Notes: a model not told the origin generated them from the letters alone. 32,000 bases of DNA from Methanocaldococcus jannaschii DSM 2661 (GCF_000091665.1 NC_000909.1:996629-1028628), one strand, 5' to 3'; positions 20,050 through 29,551 are shown, numbered from the stretch's first letter. A program made the numbers and translations.

Positions 20050-21615
20050 TTATTCATCCTTCTTAGGCCAAGTTATCAATTGAGGAACTTCTGGAAGCTT
20101 TTTAATCTTCTTCTTTATTATTGGATGCCAGTCATCAAAATTAAATCCATATTGAGCTAAATAACCAACAACCCATCTTGTTATTCCATATCCAGTACAA
20201 CCAGTCCAAACTCTTCTTCCTTTATAATCTTTAATTCTAAAGCCCTCAACGAAGTGTGTTCCATGCACATTCGCTGATGTAACAGCAACTCCCTTCCTCT
20301 CATCTTTTATATGCGGTAACCACAACCTCATCTCATACTTTGGCACGTCTGGGAATTCTATTCCTCTATCCTCCTTTTTTCTACCCTCCAAATAGAATGG
20401 GTCATCTCCAACCTCAACCCAATACTCTAAATCAAGCTTTTCAGCTAATTTTTCAGCATATTTTAATGTTTTGTCTCTTGTTTCTTCAACAAACTCTGGA
20501 CTTCCAATCCAAACACACTCAACCCTCAAGAATTCATTAACTCTGTCTAAACCTCTTGCCCCTCCTCCTTCCCATCTATAAGTCCATCCACTTCTATCAA
20601 AGAACATTATTGGTTTATCAACATCAATAACCTCTCCCTCAAAGAATTGATAGAACGGCTCACACTGAGCTGGGGCTAACACATAACCTGGATCTCTCAA
20701 TAGATTTTTTAATTTTTCAATTGGAATCTCTTTTTTAATCATCATCTCATTTACAAACTCTTTAAAAAGCTCTGGCTCCCTCTTTGGTGGGCATACGTAA
20801 TACATTCCCTCTGGTAAGCCCTCTAAATATCTCATCTTATACATAATCTCCAATGGAATGAGTTTTGGGAATAGGCATTCTTGAAATCCAATCTTTTTAA
20901 CAACTTCTTCAACTATTAACTCCTCTAAAGCTCTAAACAATGCTGTTATTGGTGGAGTATAGAACCACTGTCCTCTTCCTGGGAATTTTTTAACCCATCC
21001 AAGTTTTTCAGCAACATCTGTTGGGTCTTTATCAAATGTTATTTTTCTCTTTGCCTTATATTCACTAACTATTGTTCCAGGTGGAATTTTACAAACTTTG
21101 AATGTTAAATCCTCTTCTTCTTTCTCCAACTCTGTTTTTACGAACTTTATTGCTCTATCTATAATGTTTCTTTTTAATTCACTCTCTCCAATGTCCTTAA
21201 AAGTTAAGATAATTTTGTTTCCTTCAACTTTTGCCTCACACTCTGGAACTTTAATGCCTTCTAATTTTTTAGCTTTATCTTCATCTGTTTCAATTGTTAT
21301 TACATAATTATCTATCTCAATTCCTCTAACTCCAATTCTAAAGTTTCTTCCCAATTTTTCAGCTAACGGCTTTCTCAATCTAATTAATCCTTCATGAGCT
21401 CTTGTGTAAGTTCCAGAGGCAATTTTTAATTTTAAAATGTTTCCTTCAAACTCATAGCTTTTTATTTTTGATGCCTCATTTTCTTTACCCTTTGGAACAC
21501 CTTTTAAGAATATGCTGTCTGCATTTTTTAAAACTTCCTCTACAGCATTTTTTGCCTCCTCACTTAACTCTTTACTAAATATTATCTTCCCATCTAAATC
21601 AAATGTGAGTTTCAT
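20050..21615 (-). CDS. serS: Type-2 (methanogen-type) seryl-tRNA synthetase
   Basis: [105 protein letters not shown]. Confidence 0.85.
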   Translation of the reverse strand: MKLTFDLDGKIIFSKELSEEAKNAVEEVLKNADSIFLKGVPKGKENEASKIKSYEFEGNILKLKIASGTYTRAHEGLIRLRKPLAEKLGRNFRIGVRGIEIDNYVITIETDEDKAKKLEGIKVPECEAKVEGNKIILTFKDIGESELKRNIIDRAIKFVKTELEKEEEDLTFKVCKIPPGTIVSEYKAKRKITFDKDPTDVAEKLGWVKKFPGRGQWFYTPPITALFRALEELIVEEVVKKIGFQECLFPKLIPLEIMYKMRYLEGLPEGMYYVCPPKREPELFKEFVNEMMIKKEIPIEKLKNLLRDPGYVLAPAQCEPFYQFFEGEVIDVDKPIMFFDRSGWTYRWEGGGARGLDRVNEFLRVECVWIGSPEFVEETRDKTLKYAEKLAEKLDLEYWVEVGDDPFYLEGRKKEDRGIEFPDVPKYEMRLWLPHIKDERKGVAVTSANVHGTHFVEGFRIKDYKGRRVWTGCTGYGITRWVVGYLAQYGFNFDDWHPIIKKKIKKLPEVPQLITWPKKDE

Positions 21616-21704
21616 TTTATCACCAATAACACTCTTATTGTTTTTATTGAATTGATAATTAGGTATTTATGTTTTTTATTGTGTTTTTAGAAATACAGTT
21701 TAAT

Positions 21705-22681
21705 TTAATATTTCTCATTTTTAGGTTCTTTTAGAATATTTCTTTCAACGATATAAAACATTATCGCACCAAACAAAACAATTGAGAAATATGATATTAA
21801 ACGATATAAAATAAGGACTGCAAAAGCTCCACTATAATCTATATTTTTTAGTTTTAATATATAAATTAATGCATATTCAACGACCCCTAATCCAGAAGGT
21901 GTTAAAGGGATAGCAGTTAATAACGAAGATGCTAAATCAGAAAATACTCCAAATAAGATTTCTAAATTTAGATTTAATGATAGAAATATAAAATAGACAG
22001 TTAGTCCCTCAATAAACCACCCAGTAAATGATAAAGTTATTAATAAAGGAAGGGTATTTAGTTTCACCGCTTTTAAGCCCTTTTCAAAGTTCATCAATAT
22101 TGCCTCTAATTTTTTATTTTTTAAATTTATCTTACTATTAACTATTAAAAAACCAAAAATCAAAATAATCAAGAATAAGATTATAATAACCCCCCATTTT
22201 ATTGAATAAAGAATTTCCTTTGGAATATCTGATTTAAATGATAAATAGGCAGAGATAAATAGAAGAGAAATCATAGCTACTAAATCAAAAACTCTTTCAA
22301 TGAAAACAGTTCCAACTCCTAAAGATATTGATTCATTTGTTTTCTTTTTTAATAGATATCCTCTATAAACATCCCCTAACTTAGCAGGAACTAATGAATT
22401 TATAAACATTGAAAGATAATATATTAAAAATATATTAAAAATGCATCTTTTAATTCTAAATCAATGTTGGTATTTTTAAAAAGATTTTCCAACGATAACT
22501 TTTAATTAGGATTGAGATATAAAACATTACTACTGCAAAAAATAATAAAAAATGTTTGTTTTTTTAAAATTAACACTAATTTATCTAAATCAATTTTTGA
22601 TAATATGTATAAAATTATGCCCAACGATATAACAAAAGAAACTATTGTTCTTTTATTTAAAATCTGTCCCTCTAAGTCCAT
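21705..22681 (-). pseudogene. Frameshifted lysylphosphatidylglycerol synthase-like (flippase-like) membrane protein
   Basis: Intact part 21705..22409 (FINSLVPAKLGDVYRGYLL...). Upstream 87 codons are recoverable only after correcting three indels; start ATG at 22681 behind GAGGGGATAAG. See findings. Confidence 0.7.
22420..22441. repeat. Perfect 11-bp tandem duplication (tatattaaaaa x2)
   Basis: 22420-22430 and 22431-22441 are identical. Confidence 0.9.
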
Positions 22682-22682
22682 C

Positions 22683-23876
22683 TTATCCCCTCAAAAAATA
22701 TAATATCGTTGGAAATATTAAGACGTTCATCATATTTGATAAATTAGTGTTACTTTTCACTGCTAAAAGCCCTATATAAATTGCAGTTAAATAAACAATA
22801 ATATGATAAATTAAGTAAGTGTTATAGCTTCCAATAATTACTACAAGTGAGCAGAAGATAATAAAAAATAACGATAAAAATTTAAAATTAACTTTTCTAA
22901 TGAAAAGAAGAATATATTTTGATAAATTTAACAAGATAATTATGGCTATTGTAGAAGATATCAAAATAGAAAATATTGCTGTGTTTATATTAATATTGGC
23001 ATTTAGTAATTGTATCGCCCTTGCAACTCCACTTCTTCCAACTCCAATAAAAATAACTGCCAATAGGGAAAAAACCTCATTAGACAAAATAATACTCCCT
23101 TGAGACACTATAAAGTTTTTTAAATCCCTTTCATTTAAAATTTTACTTAAAATATAGTTTAACTGAGCTCCACTTATTCCAGGCAAAAATATTCTAAAAA
23201 ATCCAGCTACAGATGCAAAAAATGATGATTTTAAAAACTTTAATTCAAAATCAGGAAATGCCATCATCTGACTTTTTATTTTGTATGTCTTTAAATTATT
23301 TATAAGCAGTGGAATTCCAAACATCCCAGTAAATATTGCCGTTAAGGTTATATTAAATGCTTCACTGCAATATAAAACTGCAATTCCAAAAATTCCTGAT
23401 AGAAATATAACCAAAACCTCCCAAACTGATTTTGCTGTAAAAATTTGATATAGAATAAAGGCAATTAAAATAAAAGGGATAAATATTTTAATTGAGCAGT
23501 AAAATGCCCTAACATCAAAATGCAAAATTGACATTAAAAATAAACTTATGAGTATTGAAAAAACTACTCCTAAATAACTTCCAAATCCAGCTAATACAAT
23601 AGCTTCATATCCATTTCCATTTAAAGTTAATTTATGCATTGGTAAAGCAGAAACAGCAGTTTCATCATCAGGGACTCCTAAAAAAGCAGAAGGGATAAAA
23701 TTTATAAAGTAGTGAGTAATAACCAAACCAATTAAAAATGGGATATAATTGTCTAATCCAAAATAAGGTAAAATTAAGAATGATAAAGCAACAATATTAT
23801 TTGGATGAATGCCTGGAAATAAACCAGTTATAGTTCCGCAGATTATACCTAAGATTAAATATAGGAGATTTAGCAT
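22683..23876 (-). CDS. TctA-like polytopic membrane protein (tripartite tricarboxylate transporter TctA family, archaeal branch)
   Basis: IICGTITGLFPGIHPNNIVALSFLILPYFGLDN, GVPDDETAVSALPMHKLTLNGNGYEAI, AGFFRIFLPGISGAQ. Confidence 0.7.
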   Translation of the reverse strand: MLNLLYLILGIICGTITGLFPGIHPNNIVALSFLILPYFGLDNYIPFLIGLVITHYFINFIPSAFLGVPDDETAVSALPMHKLTLNGNGYEAIVLAGFGSYLGVVFSILISLFLMSILHFDVRAFYCSIKIFIPFILIAFILYQIFTAKSVWEVLVIFLSGIFGIAVLYCSEAFNITLTAIFTGMFGIPLLINNLKTYKIKSQMMAFPDFELKFLKSSFFASVAGFFRIFLPGISGAQLNYILSKILNERDLKNFIVSQGSIILSNEVFSLLAVIFIGVGRSGVARAIQLLNANININTAIFSILISSTIAIIILLNLSKYILLFIRKVNFKFLSLFFIIFCSLVVIIGSYNTYLIYHIIVYLTAIYIGLLAVKSNTNLSNMMNVLIFPTILYFLRG

Positions 23877-24053
23877 TGTTTCACTCTGTTTTAAGTTTTT
23901 TAAAATTAAAAATGAATGTAATAATAAAGTTTAAAGTTAGTGACAGTGTGATTATGATATTCCTTTTTTATTAGTTCTTTACTACACTCTTTAACGACTT
24001 TATAAAAGAATAATCCATATTTATAGTTTAAGTATTCAATATAGTTTAGTACA

Positions 24054-24446
24054 TTATGCTAAAACTACTTCAATTAAAGCAACCCAATCATCTTTAAATA
24101 AAACTCTAAACAAATAAAACCATATAACACTCGTCATAATAAATAGCACTACAGAGAAATAAAGTATCCCTTTCATTGTATCTAAATTGAGTAAATCACA
24201 AAATTTAGCACAGAGATAAGCATATAATGGAAGATAACCTGGCATTCCACCAATCATTGAAGAGCTCTCTAATGGATTCCCTCCATCTCTAATATGCCAA
24301 ATAACACCCATCTGATAATAGTAGTCTCCACCATATATTGGGGACGGTAAAGACTTAAACTCTGAGATTCCATTATATTGTATAAATACTCCAAGAGCAA
24401 TATATAAAACCAATAATAAAATTGGTATCTTATGTTTGATATTCAT
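24054..24446 (-). CDS. Membrane protein fragment resembling the N-terminus of a large GT-C-type glycosyltransferase/integral membrane protein
   Basis: 130 aa from the ATG at 24446 (after GGAGGGAAAGATT): MNIKHKIPILLLVLYIALGVFIQYNGISEFKSLPSPIYGGDYYYQMGVIWHIRDGGNPLESSSMIGGMPGYLPLYAYL, then stops shortly after the next predicted helix. Confidence 0.4.
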   Translation of the reverse strand: MNIKHKIPILLLVLYIALGVFIQYNGISEFKSLPSPIYGGDYYYQMGVIWHIRDGGNPLESSSMIGGMPGYLPLYAYLCAKFCDLLNLDTMKGILYFSVVLFIMTSVIWFYLFRVLFKDDWVALIEVVLA

Positions 24447-24474
24447 AATCTTTCCCTCCATGTTCTAAATTATT

Positions 24475-24499
24475 AAATTATAACTATAAATTATAACTA
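24475..24499. repeat. 12-bp direct repeat (aaattataacta) with 1-nt spacer
   Basis: 24475-24486 and 24488-24499 are identical; 13-bp period just upstream of the minus-strand ORF. Confidence 0.7.
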
Positions 24500-24606
24500 T
24501 TCAAGTTTAATATTTAAAATTTAATTAAGGTCTTATCACATCAAATCAAAAACATATCAAAAATTTAATTGGGTATTGCGGATATAAAATCTTGTTGGTG
24601 ATAAAA

Positions 24607-25008
24607 ATGCTATTTAAATATCAAATAAAAACCAACAAAAGAGAGGAATTGGTAGATATAACTCCTTATATAATATCAGCAATCTCCGAATCAAAAGTTA
24701 AAGATGGAATAGCAGTTATCTATGTTCCTCACACAACCGCTGGAATAACTATAAATGAAAATGCAGACCCATCAGTAAAGCATGATATTATAAACTTTCT
24801 CTCTCATCTTATTCCAAAAAATTGGAATTTTACACACTTAGAAGGGAATTCAGATGCACATATAAAAAGCTCTTTAGTTGGCTGTTCTCAGACAATTATT
24901 ATTAAAGATGGAAAGCCATTATTAGGAACTTGGCAGGGAATATTTTTTGCAGAGTTTGATGGGCCGAGAAGGAGAGAGTTTTATGTGAAGATAATAGGTG
25001 ATAAATAA
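24607..25008 (+). CDS. YjbQ/UPF0047 family protein
   Basis: IYVPHTTAGITINENADPSVKHDI, NSDAHIKSSLVGCSQTIIIKDGKPLLGTWQGIFFAEFDGPRRREFYVKIIG. Start set at the ATG after GGTGATAAAA. Confidence 0.88.
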   Translation: MLFKYQIKTNKREELVDITPYIISAISESKVKDGIAVIYVPHTTAGITINENADPSVKHDIINFLSHLIPKNWNFTHLEGNSDAHIKSSLVGCSQTIIIKDGKPLLGTWQGIFFAEFDGPRRREFYVKIIGDK

Positions 25009-25026
25009 TTATTTCATTGTGATATC

Positions 25027-25389
25027 ATGAAAGAATTTATTATAAATAGACTAAAAAAATTTACAATTGAAGATTTAATGAGATGTATTTTAGGATTGCA
25101 AGAGATTGAAATAAGAGTTTATTTTGACCTCTTAGAAAATGGAGAGGGTAGTGTGTTAGAGATAGCTGAGAGAGTTAATAGAGACAGAACTACTGTTCAG
25201 AAAGCTTTAAGAAGTTTGATGAATTGTGGTTTAGTTGATAGAAGAAAAGTGACGGAGAAAGTTGGGTATAAGTATATATATAATGCTGTTGATTTGGATA
25301 GGGTGAGCGATATTATTGAAGAGTTGTTGGATGATTGGTATCAGAATGTTAAAAAATGGCTAACCTATTTTAGAGAAAACAGGAAATGA
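25027..25389 (+). CDS. Winged-helix transcriptional regulator, MarR/TrmB-like
   Basis: EIRVYFDLLENGEGSVLEIAERVNRDRTTVQKALRSLMNCGLVDRRKVTEKVGYKYIYNAV. Confidence 0.82.
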   Translation: MKEFIINRLKKFTIEDLMRCILGLQEIEIRVYFDLLENGEGSVLEIAERVNRDRTTVQKALRSLMNCGLVDRRKVTEKVGYKYIYNAVDLDRVSDIIEELLDDWYQNVKKWLTYFRENRK

Positions 25390-25458
25390 GAAAAACTATT
25401 AAAACCTATTTCTGATAAAATACATTAGGTCAGAATTTATGTCCATAGGTGAGAGAGT

Positions 25459-26040
25459 ATGAAAGTTATAGGGATAAGTGGTAGTCCAAGACCTGAAGGA
25501 AATACAACCCTATTAGTTAGAGAGGCTTTAAATGCTATTGCTGAGGAAGGAATTGAAACAGAATTTATCTCATTAGCTGATAAAGAATTAAATCCATGTA
25601 TCGGATGTAATATGTGTAAAGAGGAAGGAAAATGCCCAATAATTGATGATGTTGATGAAATATTGAAGAAGATGAAAGAAGCTGATGGAATTATTCTTGG
25701 TTCGCCAGTTTATTTCGGAGGAGTTTCAGCTCAGTTAAAGATGTTGATGGACAGGTCAAGACCTTTAAGAATAGGATTTCAATTAAGAAATAAAGTTGGT
25801 GGAGCTGTAGCAGTTGGAGCAAGTAGAAATGGTGGGCAAGAAACAACAATTCAACAGATACACAACTTTTTCTTAATCCATTCAATGATAGTTGTTGGTG
25901 ATAACGACCCAACAGCTCATTATGGAGGAACTGGAGTAGGAAAAGCTCCTGGAGATTGTAAAAATGATGACATTGGATTAGAAACAGCAAGAAACTTAGG
26001 TAAAAAGGTAGCTGAAGTTGTTAAATTAATTAAAAAATAA
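25459..26040 (+). CDS. Iron-sulfur flavoprotein / NADPH-dependent FMN reductase family
   Basis: GISGSPRPEGNTTLLVREAL, CIGCNMCKEEGKCPIIDD, ILGSPVYFGGVSAQLKMLMDRS, GGQETTIQQI. Confidence 0.88.
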   Translation: MKVIGISGSPRPEGNTTLLVREALNAIAEEGIETEFISLADKELNPCIGCNMCKEEGKCPIIDDVDEILKKMKEADGIILGSPVYFGGVSAQLKMLMDRSRPLRIGFQLRNKVGGAVAVGASRNGGQETTIQQIHNFFLIHSMIVVGDNDPTAHYGGTGVGKAPGDCKNDDIGLETARNLGKKVAEVVKLIKK

Positions 26041-26128
26041 AACACTTTTGTGTTATTTGATATTTATTTTTTACCTTCTCTTTGTAATTTACAATTTTTA
26101 ATTATAAAAACTAATTTAATGTGATAAT

Positions 26129-26977
26129 ATGATAAATGCTAAAACAAAGGTTATTGGGTTGATTGGACATCCTGTAGAACATTCTTTCTCACCAATTATG
26201 CACAATGCAGCTTTTAAAGATAAAGGATTAAATTATGTTTATGTTGCATTTGATGTGTTGCCAGAAAATTTAAAGTATGTAATAGATGGGGCTAAAGCCC
26301 TTGGAATAGTTGGATTTAATGTAACAATCCCTCATAAAATAGAGATTATGAAGTATTTGGATGAGATAGATAAAGATGCTCAATTAATTGGGGCTGTTAA
26401 TACTATAAAAATAGAGGATGGGAAAGCAATCGGCTATAATACTGATGGTATTGGGGCGAGGATGGCTTTAGAGGAAGAAATTGGAAGAGTTAAAGACAAA
26501 AATATAGTTATTTATGGAGCTGGAGGGGCTGCAAGAGCTGTAGCATTTGAATTAGCAAAAGATAATAACATAATAATAGCCAATAGAACCGTTGAAAAAG
26601 CTGAAGCATTAGCTAAAGAAATAGCAGAAAAATTAAATAAGAAATTTGGTGAAGAAGTTAAATTCAGTGGATTAGATGTGGATTTAGATGGAGTTGATAT
26701 AATAATTAACGCTACTCCAATAGGAATGTATCCGAATATTGATGTTGAACCAATAGTTAAAGCAGAGAAGTTGAGAGAGGATATGGTGGTTATGGATTTA
26801 ATTTATAATCCATTGGAGACGGTTTTATTGAAAGAGGCAAAAAAAGTTAATGCAAAAACAATAAACGGGTTAGGAATGTTGATATATCAGGGAGCAGTTG
26901 CATTTAAAATATGGACTGGTGTAGAACCAAATATAGAAGTTATGAAAAACGCAATAATTGATAAGATAACTAAATAA
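26129..26977 (+). CDS. aroE: Shikimate dehydrogenase
   Basis: GLIGHPVEHSFSPIMHNAAFKDKGL, GFNVTIPHKIEIMKYLDE, GAVNTI, GYNTDGIGARMAL, VIYGAGGAARAVAFEL, NATPIGM. Confidence 0.95.
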   Translation: MINAKTKVIGLIGHPVEHSFSPIMHNAAFKDKGLNYVYVAFDVLPENLKYVIDGAKALGIVGFNVTIPHKIEIMKYLDEIDKDAQLIGAVNTIKIEDGKAIGYNTDGIGARMALEEEIGRVKDKNIVIYGAGGAARAVAFELAKDNNIIIANRTVEKAEALAKEIAEKLNKKFGEEVKFSGLDVDLDGVDIIINATPIGMYPNIDVEPIVKAEKLREDMVVMDLIYNPLETVLLKEAKKVNAKTINGLGMLIYQGAVAFKIWTGVEPNIEVMKNAIIDKITK

Positions 26978-27011
26978 AAATATTTAATAAATTTAATAGA
27001 GGATGGATAAC

Positions 27012-28532
27012 ATGGGTAAAGATAAAAATATACTAAAAATAAGAGCAAATTTAATAAAATATATTGATGTGGATGAAATAGAAGAGTTACCAAAAGTAAA
27101 AGTTAAGAATGTTGAAGAATTTCTTGAAGCGCATAGAGTCCTTGGGAAACACGTAATTTGCAGATATAAAGATAATTTAGAAGACATATTTTTCTTTGTT
27201 GATAATGGGGTTATATTTTATATTCCTTCTGATGGATTCAAAACATTGGAAGATTTAATTGAAGCAAAATCTTTAGGATTAAGTGCTGAGGAGTATTATG
27301 AATACTTAGAGTTTGGAGATATCAACGAATATAAAAAATACAAATCATCTGGATTTAAATCTATAGAAGAGTATAAAAAGGCTAAAGACCTTGGTTTTAT
27401 TGGAGGACTTGAAGAACTTGTAAAAGAAGGAATTGCACAAAGATTGGACGATAAATATATAATAGAATATTTATATTATGGAATTTTGGAGAATCGGGAA
27501 TTTTCAAATGATGCTGAACTATATTACTTTGCAATAGAAAAAGGTTTTAGTGATTTTGATGAATTAAAAAATGCGTTAAAAGCAGGTTTTGGAGACGCTA
27601 ATGAATATAAAGATGCCTTAAATAGAGGATTTAAAGATGCCTACGAATACAACGATGCATTAAGTAAAGGGTTTAGAGATGCTGATGAATATAAGATAGC
27701 AAAAGCTATAGGGGTTAATAGCAAAAAAGAACTTGAAGAATATATGGAATTAAAAAGAATCTGTGAAAACTTTGGATTAGAAACATTTGAAGAAGGATAT
27801 TTATTGAAAGTTCTGATGGATTTAAAAATAGATGAAGAAATTACATTAAAAGAATTATACAACAAACTAAAAGAAAAAGAACGACTAATGAAAATAAAGA
27901 AAGATGTATTAAATAAGCTTGCTAATCTTTCATCACCTTCATGGTATTCAACAAGATTTACAACAGTAGATGATTTAGAAGAATATTTGGTAGATAGTGA
28001 GATTGTTTCTTATCTTGGAGAATATATTAAAGAGGAAAAGATATTTAGAAGAATTTATCCACCAAAACCATCAAGAAGAATTGTTATTATAGATGCTATA
28101 AGTGTTTTAAATAATATGCACAATCTTTCACCAAACTCCATAGAAAATCTAATCAAAAAGATTAAAAATGCTGGATTTAAGAATATTATCACAGTGATGG
28201 ATACAGTAACATATTATAAAATCAAAGGAAAAGACATTTGTAGATTTTTAGCCAATGAATGCAATATTAAAGTTTCTAAATCAAAAGATGAAGCTTATAA
28301 ACTCATAATTGAATATATCAAAAACTTTGGTGCTTTAGTTATAAGTAACGCCTCATTTAAAGACTACATAATAAAAGATTCAAAATTGTTCTATAAAGAT
28401 ATTAAAGAATATATCATCCCATTCATAGTTGAAAATGGAGAGATTAATTTAGATATTGAGTTATTGAGAAAGCTATATACTGAAGTTGTTACAAAAAGAA
28501 TTGAAAAGATAAAATCAAATGTGGTATCATGA
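27012..28532 (+). CDS. Protein with 14-residue helical repeats and a C-terminal NYN/PIN-like domain
   Basis: Repeats GFSDFDELKNALKA/GFGDANEYKDALNR/GFKDAYEYNDALSK/GFRDADEYKIAKAI; C-terminal RRIVIIDAISVLNNM...TVMDTV...KDEAYKLIIEYIKNFGALVISNASFKDYI. Start moved to the ATG at 27012. Confidence 0.6.
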   Translation: MGKDKNILKIRANLIKYIDVDEIEELPKVKVKNVEEFLEAHRVLGKHVICRYKDNLEDIFFFVDNGVIFYIPSDGFKTLEDLIEAKSLGLSAEEYYEYLEFGDINEYKKYKSSGFKSIEEYKKAKDLGFIGGLEELVKEGIAQRLDDKYIIEYLYYGILENREFSNDAELYYFAIEKGFSDFDELKNALKAGFGDANEYKDALNRGFKDAYEYNDALSKGFRDADEYKIAKAIGVNSKKELEEYMELKRICENFGLETFEEGYLLKVLMDLKIDEEITLKELYNKLKEKERLMKIKKDVLNKLANLSSPSWYSTRFTTVDDLEEYLVDSEIVSYLGEYIKEEKIFRRIYPPKPSRRIVIIDAISVLNNMHNLSPNSIENLIKKIKNAGFKNIITVMDTVTYYKIKGKDICRFLANECNIKVSKSKDEAYKLIIEYIKNFGALVISNASFKDYIIKDSKLFYKDIKEYIIPFIVENGEINLDIELLRKLYTEVVTKRIEKIKSNVVS

Positions 28533-29551
28533 AGGTTAGAATTAGGGACTTTATAGAAACGACTGAAGGTTTATATTTTGCAGTAAATACCTATGCCCAT
28601 CCAAAAAATAAATTTTTTGCATTTTTAAGATATGTCCCATATGAGTTTGTAGATTTTAAAATAGAAGATAATAACATTAGAGAGATTAATGGAAGAAAGT
28701 ATATAAAGATGGCTGAAAGCAAAATTGCCTATAAGTTTTTAGAGGAAAAATTTAGCAAATACTTATATTATGATGAAACAATCAATGTTTTAATGCATGC
28801 TATTCCAAAAGAAGATGTTAAAAGAATTTTAAGACCAAAAGAAAGATTAAATGAAATTATTAACGAAGAAAATAATTTAAATGAATTAGAAGAAAAATGT
28901 AGGAAATTAGCTCTAATATTGGAAGATTATGGAGTTCCAATTAAAAGCATGGGAGTTAGCGGATCTTTATTGTTAAAATTAAACAACAAAAATTCAGATA
29001 TTGACTTTGTAATTTATGGAAAAGATATGCACAAAAAAGCAAGAGAAGCATTAAAGCAGGCATTTGAAGATAATAAGTTAAAACCACTATCTGATGATTT
29101 TTGGAAAATTGCCTATAAAAAAAGGATTAAAGATAAAACTTTAACCTACGAAGAATTTGTATTCTATGAAAAAAGGAAATATAACAGAGGAATTGTGGAT
29201 AACACAATGTTTGACTTATTATTTACAAGGGAATGGGATGAGATAACTGAAAAATATGGAGATAAGAGATATAAAAACTTAGGATTTGCAAAAATAGAGG
29301 GAAGAGTTTTAAATGATGATTTTGCCTTTGATAATCCAGCAGTTTATAAAATAGAGTGCTACAATGATGAAGATATAAAGGAAGTTGTTTCTTTCACTCA
29401 CACCTATGCTGGGCAGTGCTTTAATGGAGAGGAGATTGTAGCAAGAGGAAAGTTGGAGGAGGTTATTGATAAAAGTGGAGAAAGATATAAGAGGATTGTT
29501 GTAGGAACTACAAGAGAGGCGTTTAATGAATACATAAAAATAAAAAGATAA
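28529..29551 (+). CDS. Predicted nucleotidyltransferase (Pol-beta superfamily)
   Basis: VSGSLLLKLNNKNSDIDFVIYG (GS..DxD) with a possible third acid in MFDLLFTREWDE. Overlaps the preceding gene by 4 nt. Confidence 0.7.
   Translation: MKVRIRDFIETTEGLYFAVNTYAHPKNKFFAFLRYVPYEFVDFKIEDNNIREINGRKYIKMAESKIAYKFLEEKFSKYLYYDETINVLMHAIPKEDVKRILRPKERLNEIINEENNLNELEEKCRKLALILEDYGVPIKSMGVSGSLLLKLNNKNSDIDFVIYGKDMHKKAREALKQAFEDNKLKPLSDDFWKIAYKKRIKDKTLTYEEFVFYEKRKYNRGIVDNTMFDLLFTREWDEITEKYGDKRYKNLGFAKIEGRVLNDDFAFDNPAVYKIECYNDEDIKEVVSFTHTYAGQCFNGEEIVARGKLEEVIDKSGERYKRIVVGTTREAFNEYIKIKR

Noticed and set aside
22512-22703. Plus-strand 63-aa ORF
   Set aside because: Antisense to the 5' part of the frameshifted LPG-synthase-like gene and the 3' end of its neighbour; the minus strand gives the family-like sequence.
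26887-27187. Overlapping minus-strand ORFs near the aroE / repeat-protein junction
   Set aside because: Antisense to two convincing plus-strand genes with proper start signals; no homology pattern seen.
27543-27713. Possible CRISPR-like or DNA-level tandem repeat from the 42-nt periodicity
   Set aside because: The periodicity is in the protein (14 aa); the DNA units differ and there are no spacers, so it is a coding repeat.
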